DNA of 32,807 nucleotides from Macrostomum lignano (Eukaryota), in NCBI GenBank assembly GCA_002269645.1, contig NIVC01004869.1, forward strand, positions 1 to 32,807, given 5' to 3'. A program made the translations under genes and the position numbers. The notes beneath the pieces are model-generated. The model ran no database searches. It was not told where the DNA came from and was given only the letters and a program-made list of their open reading frames with translations. The first letter of the stretch is position 1. Each line of letters starts with the position of its first letter. Shown piece after piece: positions 10,856-19,895 of this stretch.

Positions 10856-12296
10856 CTCCCCACTTTTCTTCTTACCCCTATATTTCTCTCCCCTATATCT
10901 CCTTACCCCTATACTATACTCCCTCTCCTTTATTATCCTCTCTTTCTTTAGGGGCCTATTCTCCCTGGCTTTTCTACCTTTCCTTTGCTCTGACCACTCT
11001 TGTCTACTTTCTCCTGCCCTCTTTTCCACACTTTATCTCATTCACTTTCCTTTGCTCTCCAATGCTCTCTATCTCTCCCCTATTCTACCCTTGCTTCCCC
11101 ATTCTTCCCCCTCTCTCCAAGTCTCTTTTTCTCTCTTCTCTCCCTACACTATATTGCTTGCCATTCTCTTCTCTCCCCTAGTCCCCCCTTCCCTCACTTC
11201 TCCCTTTTCTTTCTCTACATTCTCTACTTTCTTCCCCTCTCCCTCAGTTTTCATCTCTCCCTCTACTCTACCCTACTCACCTATTCTCCCTCTCTCCCCT
11301 AGGCTCTAATTCCCCCTCTTCCCCATCCTTATTCTACACTGTTCCCTTACTCTTTCTTCTATTATCCAGTCTGCCTTTCTCCTCCCCCTTAAACCTACTC
11401 TTCACTACTCTCCTACCCTCTCCCTCTTCCCACTCTCCCCTGCTATCCCCTTACTCTCCTCCATTCTCTTCCAGACCCTCTCTCCCCTCTTCCCCCCCTC
11501 TTGCTACTCTTCACTGCTCCCCTACTCACCCTCTCTTTCAGCTTTCCCCTGCTCTCCCCTTGCTCTCCCCCCTTTTCCCCTACTATATCCCTGCTCACTC
11601 CCACTCTCCCCCTTTCTACCAGTCCCCCCTCTCTCCTACTACCCCTCTGCCCCTCTCCCTACTCTACCCCTCTCCCCTTGCTCCCCACTCTACCCCTGCT
11701 CTCCACTAGTCCCCCTTTCCCCCTCTCCCCTCTTCCTCCTCTCCCCCTCTTCCCCCTCTCCCCTCTTCCCCCTCTCCCCTTCTTCCCCTCTCCCTACTCT
11801 ACACTGCTCCCTCTTTTCCCCCGCCTCCCGCTCTCCCCTACTCTACCCCCTTGCCACCACCTCTCCCCATCCACCTCTCCCTCCCACTCACTCTACCCCC
11901 ATCCCCCACTCACCCTCTCCCTCTCTCTACTCTATATCGCTCCCCACTCTCCCCCTCTTTCTGCTCTCCTCTGCTTATCCTCTCTTCTTTGTTCTCTGCA
12001 GCTCTTCTCCGCTCTCTGCAGCTCTTCCCTGCTCTTCCCCACTCTCCTCTGATCTTCCCCACTCTACTCCGCTCTTCTCCACTCTCCTCCGCTCTCCCCC
12101 CTCTTCCCTGCTCTTCCCCTCTCCTTCGCTCTTCCCCACTCTCCTCCACTCTTCCCCCTCTTCCCCGCTCTTCCCCACTCTCCTCCGCTCTTCTCCACTC
12201 TCCTCCGCTCTTCTCCACTCTCCTCCGCTCTTCCCCACTCTCCTCCGCTCTTCCCCCTCTTCCCCGTTCTTCCCTACTCTCCTCTGCTCTTCTCCA
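10856..12296. repeat. 1.44 kb polypyrimidine (CT-rich) tract, resolving into a 20-bp unit at its right end
   Basis: Nearly G-free plus strand. CTCCTCCGCTCTT(C/T)(C/T)CCACT units at about 12040-12296. Confidence 0.95.
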
Positions 12297-15200
12297 CCAG
12301 GCTAGCCTCTTCGTTGATTCGTTGATAAAGCTTTAATAGCTTGACCACTTGTCGCTTCAGTGCGTGATCAGGCACTGCAGAAGTAGCGTCAGTGCAGGTG
12401 TTCCAAATGTTGGTCAATCTGATCATTCCAGTAGGATAGCAATTTGCATTGTGCTCTTTGACTAGCTTCTCGCCCTTCGCAGTAAGTTTGTTAAGAGACC
12501 TGTTTAGCACTTTGTTGAGCTTTTGGCCAGCTGCAGTAGCTGCTTGTCGAATTAGAAACGCACGTTCACATGCTAGCTGCTGCAGCTTACTGAGAACAGC
12601 TTCTTTAGGCATTCTCCTCGTTAGTCCACAAGTGTCATTATCAGCGGAATGCAGCAGCTCCTGCTCCCAAACGCGACAATTGCCGACAAAGGATTCAATA
12701 TCACCTGGTGAAAGTAAAGTAAATAAAGTAGATGCCTACACTAGCCATTATTATCCAGCGTGTGGACATATTTAGTGCTTCAGCTTACATTTTTCTTTGG
12801 ATACGGGACAAAAACAAAAACGAATGCATTTAAACATTTACGACGCAATTAAATATTAAATATTAAATATTAAAAAATAATATATTAAATATTAAATAAT
12901 GCCTTTTTAATTAAAGTAGCTTATCCATAATCATTGCTCACCATTCCCTCCAATGTTTACAATAGCTGACGTAGTAACTCAGTTTTCTTAATGTAGAACA
13001 GCCCTACTAGGCCATTGCAAACATGCAACATATCATCTAGTCCATTCTTTTGGCAGAATGATTGAACTTCAATTGAAAACGCTTCAGGCTTTGCTCCTCT
13101 ACCTTGGTTTGTTGAAAAAGCCAGACACCTATAAACAAATTTAGGAAGAAGTTAAAAAGTTATGATGAAAAAAATGATGAAAATGAACATACGCGAACAA
13201 ATTCATGCATTAAATGAAGGCAGGCAGCTGAAAGAGGCTAACTGGTAAGAAAAGCCTTAGTAATTAAAAACTTTGTCCCTATAAAGAGATTATGATATAG
13301 TTTAGGAAAATGCTGCAAAGTATATGCTTATACTTCATAGAATTTCGGACAACTCACTAATAGTATTAATGACGTTTAGATTGACGGAGCTCACCCAATA
13401 GTTAAGGAATTCGCGCCTGTTGACATGAGTCATTTCCTTCAACTGTGGCCCAAAGCGCGTGACATAGACCAAAGCCATTCACAGCTTTTGCCATCAGTCA
13501 AGCCTACTCCGGATTGGTGTCAAATGCCAAACTTAGTTTGGCAGGCCTCTTTGTGGCCATATGAGTGAAAAGCTAGAATGGCAAAGCTGACTTTGGCATC
13601 ACTGAAGTGACCAGCAAGCTTGCAACCGATGTCATAAGAGACAACAAGCTTCTGGTCTTCTGGATTATCGTCCAGAAGCTTAGAAACCATGGCTTTAGAG
13701 TAGGCAAGCCTGAGAAACAATGAAAAACCAATGCGCACTTTATATTAGTAGTATATACAGAATTTACATGAAATTATTTAAAAAGAACCTTTTCTAGTAA
13801 GAAAAAGATTTTCCAGAATGAAAGGAGAAATAAAAGTAGATGGACATGTCTTTATAGAAGTATGTGTTGCAATCTACCTTTCTCCTTTTGTCACGAGGTC
13901 GGAAAGATAAGAAACAGCAGAGTGCCGGCAGGATCCACAGAATAAGCCAAAAATGTCAAGCTTACTTTCGTCAGATGCAGTCGTAAGGTCTTTTCCACAA
14001 CATCCAGCAGTCCAATTGGGACAATAGGACTTGCTAGGGACTTCTGACATTTGAAAGTCCACATTGACAAAATAGCCAGTGGATGGTGGAAGCACAGCTT
14101 TTCTAGCAAGCCTTCGGTGTCTAAAACCGAAGCAGGCATCCAGCATCTAAAAAACAGGAATGGTTGGATTTCTACTGACAGAGAAGCAGCATAGGACATC
14201 TTCGACTTCAGTAGATGTAGCGGCACAATTAGCGTCATTGCCTAAGCCGCTGCTGTTCGTTTGTGTCTCCTGTATAGAAAGGGCAGGGCACAACCCTTAA
14301 CAGTATGTTTTGTAACTGGTTTAAATATAATTATGAAACATATATATAAATATATTAATTATTATATTTTTCATTATAAAAATATAAGTATGCAGAAAAT
14401 ATAATTGACGAGTAAGATAAAATAATAAAACCTTTACGATGAAGCACGACAGGCATGTTGCTTTAGGGCCCCAGCAATATATATCAAAAGCCGTCAAAAT
14501 GCTTGAAAGCTGCTGGATGTGTTTAACGCATGGAATATGTTGACCTAAAATAGACGATTGTTAGATCACATTTTCTGATTAAGAATAGTCTTTCAAAGTT
14601 TTCGAAAGTATTTCAAACTACAACTGGCAAAAAAAGTAAAAAATAATTAATAAAAAAGCCAGGCACACATAAAACTACAATTTATTATACCTATATACCT
14701 ACTGAGAGCAGGTTGTTAGCTAACTTATCTGATTAATTGTTTAATAAAAGAATTATACTATGATTTGGGAAGCCTATAATTATTAGATATAATAAGAAAT
14801 TGTTCTTGCTTAAATTTTTTACTGTGCTGCCTACCTGAATTGGTGGACGTAGCCATAGAGAATTCTGGCTGTTACTCCAGGCTTCACATAGTGATGACAG
14901 TGACACGGAATAACGTGATGAAATGCTGTCCAGTGTCAGAAGCAGGTTAAAATGATAGCAACGATTCTAGTAACATTAGTGAAAGGTTGCGTCGGCCAGA
15001 ATCCATGCAATAAGAGGTTGGCAAAAATATCAGTACAGGCACACTCCTTGACAGAAAGTGAAATCTTGTCTCCTGGTTTGAAAGCGAGAATATACTTTAA
15101 GTAACTTTACATTACAATTTCATATCAATAAGACACCCAACATCTTTTTCTATTGAAATATTCTTCAAAGAACAGATGGCAGCAGATCCACAAAGACTAC

Positions 15201-15669
15201 CATATTTAATTGTTTCAATATATTATATTGAATTCTATTAATTTGGTTTCACTATGCAGACATTTAAGACATAAGACAGGGCCTAATTATCAAAACATTC
15301 TCTTGAGAATGCTTGAAGTAATTTAAGAATAGCAGATAAAATTTGACAAATACAGTGAATACAAATAGTACATGGTAGATTAAAACTTAATACACCTTCT
15401 CTATTTAGTGCTGTAATGGACCTGGAAGTGACAGTCTCGCAGCTACAAACACTGCGTCTGGTAATATGAACCACAGTTTTAACTGTCTTGTAGAATGAGC
15501 CCTGAAAGGACACATAACATCACTTTTATGTTAAAAAACTTTACCATCATATTTTACAGATATACATGGAGACGTTTAGAGATTCGTTAATAAGAGGCTA
15601 GGTAAGTAGGTAAATAAATAAACAAACTTGGCGTCTTAAAATCGAAACAAAAGTTTGAGACAATGCATT

Positions 15670-15808
15670 AATATTACATGCTGACTGAGTGCGGCAAGGA
15701 CCTAGACACAAGCGTGGGGTCTCAAGGGGTAGCTGAGTCACTGAAGGATCAGGGATGCACGCACTTATGTCTACGGTCCTTCCTGCACTCAGTCAGCGTG
15801 TGAATATT
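15670..15808. mobile_element. 139-bp hairpin/MITE-like element in a KDZ intron
   Basis: About 47-50-bp imperfect arms: AATATT-ACATGCTGACTGAGTGCGGCAAGGACC-TAGACACAA--GCGTG versus the reverse complement AATATTCACACGCTGACTGAGTGCAGGAAGGACCGTAGACATAAGTGCGTG, with a roughly 40-nt loop. Confidence 0.7.
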
Positions 15809-15956
15809 TCATTGTTCTTTGGCCATAGACAGCGTGCAGTAATGCCCCATTATCAGCAGTGCTGATTCAGCACGCTAATAGAAATTTTCATTAACACATG
15901 TCTATGGCATAGAACAATGATAACTGTTTTTGAACTCACAGTCCATTTGTTTGTAG

Positions 15957-16315
15957 GGGGGCCGTAGCCCAGCGTAGCGCAGCTGCTCTGGTGTGCCAGC
16001 GGCCCAGGCTCGATTCCAAGTGCAGCCACATTAATTTGGGGCTGAATTGGAATTTCGGCTTGGCTTGCTTGTGCAATTAACAGCCTTGAGAGCCAACCCC
16101 CCAAGGCGCAGTGAAGTGTACATGCCTAACAATTGATAAAGTTAGGGCCGTTGTACACTCCTGTGTGAGTGTGTGCCTGCGTAACCTATCCGCGCTTGTA
16201 TGCCTGCTCAGGGGAGTTGGCGGAATGGGCAGTAATGCCTCTCGCCGGTTGTGTGCCTGTCGCCTAAAGTGCGCCAGGGTGCACACAACCCCCCTGCCTC
16301 TAATCAATAAAAAAA
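15957..16315 (+). mobile_element. tRNA-derived SINE, copy 1, with target-site duplication
   Basis: Head GGGGCCGTAGCCCAGCG (A box) and GGCTCGATTCC (B box), about 270 bp of unique body, AATAAAAAAAA tail. Flanked by ACAGTCCATTTGT(TTGT)AG (15938-15956) and ACGGTCCATTTGTAG (16316-16330). Homologous along its length to 31693-32064. Confidence 0.9.
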
Positions 16316-17245
16316 ACGGTCCATTTGTAGACGACATGTGGTGGATTATGTGAGTGAGCAGAAGTAAGGCATGTTTTGCATATGTTGAGCAAATGGCAGG
16401 CTTTGCAGCGAAAAGTTTCTCCTACTTCCCTGCATGCGCAACATGCAGGAGAAAGACGAGAGTAATAAGAGGCCAATCTAGTCTCAAGTTGGCTTGCTAA
16501 GCTGGACCAGGCTTCTTCCTCTTTTTCTTGAAGGATATCATATCTGCTGGCAGTGCTGGGATCTGATGGATCCAATGCATGGTCAGTAGAGAAGAGATCA
16601 ATACTTTCGATATTTGGGACCAACTCAGTCATAGTAGTGTCACTAACAGTGACACTATGCTGATTGACATGCCTGAAAGCCGGACGCATGCCAACTGTAC
16701 CTTTTAGAAGTTTCATAGCTTCCTTTGCCATCATAAGGATGATATTAATAAGCAATTTTAACCAAAAAACATATTACCTACCTAGACAATTCCTGAGCAG
16801 CAGTAGAACTCAGTCGAATATGCGTGATTTGCCTTCTTGGTCAATGAACCTCGATTTTTTCTTAATTTGAAATTTCTTAGGCATGTTTTTTAATGAATTT
16901 GATCTGAAATTAAAAATTTCAATTTATACTTACTTTTATTGCTCTTACACAATCATTTTAGGCTGATGACAGCCTATGCTATTGCATATGATTAACAAAT
17001 GCTAGAAATCACAATATATAAAAGCTAATACTATGACAGAAGCCTAATCAGTTAGTGGTACAACAATGGAATGAATTGTTGGTGCCTTTTAAAACTCTAA
17101 GAGCAAATATATGTGAGAAATTAATTCATAGGAAATCTAGCCCAGGGTATTTATACTTTACCACTCTTTTGTGCCTGTATGCTATTTGTTAGCCATATAA
17201 AATTTAAATAAAACTGTATATACTCATAGTTCATAAAGAAACATT

Positions 17246-17457
17246 CTAAATAAGAGGCAAGCACATGGGTTCAGAACACCCTTAGATAGACACTCGCCCC
17301 TCTACCACCAAGTTGGATGTTCATGGTGGGCTTTAGCTGTTTAATGTACAACACCTCAAGAGTAGAGACATTGAGAAAGTTTAAAGTTTTGTTACCAATC
17401 TCAGCAGTGAAGTCCATCTAAGGGTGTTCTGACCCCATGCGCTTGCCTCTTATCTAG
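17246..17457. mobile_element. 212-bp MITE-like element
   Basis: About 46-bp TIR CTA(A/G)ATAAGAGGCAAGC(A/G)CATGGG(T/G)TCAGAACACCCTTAGAT(A/G)GAC. The target could be CTAG or TA. Confidence 0.8.
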
Positions 17458-17547
17458 GGCCATCTAACTCAGTTACCCATACTTACAATCTTTTTGGCCT
17501 ATTAGACTTTAAATAATTTACCATCTCTCTGAAAATATATTATTGCC

Positions 17548-17590
17548 TTGCCTGAAGATGCCAATTGTTCGGCGAAACATGTCGCGTGAA
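17548..17590 (+). ncRNA. Minimal type I hammerhead ribozyme motif, Penelope-like pseudo-LTR type
   Basis: TTGC-CTGAAGA-T-GCC-AATTGTTC-GGC-GAAA-C-AT-GTC-GCG. Core CUGANGA at 17552-17558, helix II GCC/GGC, GAAA, palindromic helix III ACATGT, GUC cleavage triplet at 17581-17583, 3-bp helix I. AATAAA follows at about 17599. Confidence 0.65.
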
Positions 17591-19495
17591 GATTGATTAA
17601 TAAATTGTAATTTCGTAATTTCGTATTATCAAAGATAAAATGCAAATGTTCGCCTTTGCTTTCATTTTTCTGACTTTCCTTAAATTTAAAACTAGGGCCT
17701 ACTGACTGCTGTTAAGATTTATTATCATGACAAAAGTATTGTAGTAAGATTCTTTTTTTGTACTATATATAATTTTGGTAACTACAAGTCAATAGTTCAA
17801 AGGAATATAATAACCTATTATTATTACCACACTCTAGATAACTAGTAGCCTTTTTTACAAAGTCTACTCCAGAATTGGAATAAAATCCAATTCCAGAACC
17901 AGATTCGCTAAGAAATGAAAAGCATCAAGTAAATTTTATTTTTAGTCAAAAATTACTTTAAACATTAAAAAATTTTTCCAAGTTACTTATTTTTTACCTT
18001 TAAGTTATATTTGAAGTTAAATTGACTTTAAATATTTTTCATTGTTTCCATAGAAATATGTAAACGAATTGAGAAATTTTGTCAAACCAAATTCTAGAAC
18101 CAAAGTAAGGTTCTGGAACCGATTCTGAAAACGGAATTGGCAAAATGAAAAGTATTGAACCAGTTCTAAAAATGGAATCAGGAATATGAAAAGCCTCTAG
18201 ATCATGTAAAAGCACATTCAGAAATTCAGAAAATAGAATTTCTGAATCCAAAATACTTGGATTTCTAAAATAGTGAGACCTTTTGGATTTCAATTGAATA
18301 TTTGGATCTATCATTAATGCTAATGTGGCAAAGAAGTCTACCCTATGAGTTATCTATGGCCCAAAGGGATGGTGGCCTGCAGCCTGATAGTTACTGAGTG
18401 GGAAGAATAGCAAAAAACATTTTTACTGTTGTAGGGGTTACTTCTGTCTCTAATAATAATTTCACACTGTCACCAAAAGCTATCACAGGGCTAATTTACT
18501 AATCTCTCAAGTGTTCTTCTTAGGTTGGTAGTTGCCACCAAGATTATTCAATTAATAAATTTTTATCAATATTAGAATAATCTGAGAAATGTTTCTTAGA
18601 ATAGGTCTGAGTATAAGTCTTTAAGTATCAGTCTTAGTATAAGTCTAAGGATAAGTCTAGGTATATGTCTAAGGATTAGTCTAAGTATCTACTTTTATTG
18701 GTAGCGTTCTTAGTATATGTATTGGTAGCATTCTTAGTATATGCCGAGTGGTCTACTATTGGCCTGGAATGTATTTCTCAGAATGATCTTCCTTGTAACC
18801 CTTTTGTAGTTAATTAAGTATCTGATTGTCTAGTCCAGTCCTTTAGGCATTCCCGAGATTAGAGGGTCACGGCCTTCTCAATACTGTATATGTATTCCCG
18901 AGATCTACTTTGTTTCACTTCAATCTCCTTGGTATTCTGAGTATCAGTAGTATCTGTGATATGATTAACTTCCACTTCACTCTTTGAATCAAAAAATTTA
19001 CTGTCTTGAAAAGATTTCTAAGTAACAGTTTAAGGCTCAACAAGTAGCGAGACTTGAGACTAATTTAGGAACAGGCAATCAGCCAGTTGGTGGCTCTCTG
19101 GCCAGATCCCGTCTATTTATACTATTTTAAGACTTGATCAATATTAATTTTGATATATGCAGTATTAAAACAAATAGGGCTAAAATTAGTTTTCAGTTTA
19201 AAAATACATACAAATTTTACATGAATATTATTATTAAACGTTAGAAGATTAAAACAAATAATATGTGAATACTATTCTTGAGTGATTAAACTCAAAATTA
19301 TTATTGACAAAATTTATTTACAAAAACTATTATTATTACTATTAGTAGCATTAAGCGCTTGCACATTACTAATCTATTTTTTCTAAGGCAATAAGTATTC
19401 TTATATTTATAAGCATATTTTATTACTGCGACCAAAAATTCAGTTGGATAGTGCCACCAAATGAAGTATTGAATGATCAAACTCCTAATTTTCCA

Positions 19496-19895
19496 AATAA
19501 TTTCTGTCCTTTTCCAATGGTACCGTGGGAATAATTTTCTGCTTTTACGCATGGCACACTGACAAGATAGCTGCCATATCTTCTACATATATATGCTGTA
19601 TATGAATAGTTTATAGCTTTTTAAAAGGGAATTTGAATTGAGGATACTAAGATGCTGTTGATCTGGATCAACACCACAACCAGCGTTTTTTGCATAAAAA
19701 AGTTATTTAATCTTTACTTCAATTAAACAAATTGTCAAGCAAAGTTATATTGTTATACTGCACTTAAACCGTAAGTACTAAACTAAATTATTTCCACGGC
19801 ATATGTAGAAGATGGGGCAGCTATCTCGTCAGTGTGCCATGTGGATAAGCAGAAAATTATTCCCACAGTACCATTGGAATAAGACAGAAATTATT
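19496..19895. mobile_element. About 400-bp foldback element (95-bp arms, 210-bp spacer)
   Basis: 19496-19590 is the reverse complement of 19801-19895 with few mismatches. Internal CCGTGGGAATAA sub-repeats. Confidence 0.75.

Larger units (their letters stand above)
12296..16884 (-). pseudogene. Intron-containing KDZ (Kyakuja-Dileera-Zisupton) transposase with N-terminal Cys/His cluster and CxC1/CxC3-like domain; inactivated
   Basis: Approximate exons: 16884-16782, 16730-16316 (+15940), 15501-15396, 15095-14835, 14544-14438, 14269-13878, 13709-13395, 13128-12942, 12704-12296. Motifs: FRCKACHLLNICKTCLTSAHSHNPPHVVYKW|GSF; ECACTDIFANLLLHGFWPTQP; MLDACFGFRHR; DIFGLFCGSCRHSAVSYLSDLVTKGER|LAY; VSYDIGC; AFHSYGHKEACQ; GVGLTDG(K)SCE(W)LWS; GQKLNKVL; RINEE. 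Lesions: stops at 13520-13522, just before MLDACF and in the 13128-12942 exon, plus frameshifts near 14955 and 13458. Confidence 0.88.

Noticed and set aside
11000-12336. Leu/Pro/Ser-rich and Glu/Arg/Gly-rich ORFs
   Set aside because: Products of the CT/GA low-complexity tract.
15957-16030. Possible functional tRNA gene (also 31990-32064)
   Set aside because: A and B boxes are present but I cannot fold a convincing cloverleaf or anticodon arm. The head runs into a shared 290-bp body with an A-rich tail and TSD, so it is a SINE.
16960-16985. Other CTGATGA hammerhead-like cores (about 16964, 22594, 30504)
   Set aside because: No helix II followed by GAAA and NUH. One is inside the G-patch CDS and one is a simple TAGGCTG/CAGCCTA hairpin.
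8900-17700. Terminal inverted repeats or TET/JBP cargo for the KDZ element
   Set aside because: I looked on both sides of the transposase and found no matching termini and no dioxygenase-like (HxD...H) coding segment, so the element boundaries remain undefined.
17870-18320. 91-aa minus-strand ORF and GAACC/GGTTC-rich motifs
   Set aside because: No recognisable domain; short degenerate motifs in AT-rich DNA; no termini found.
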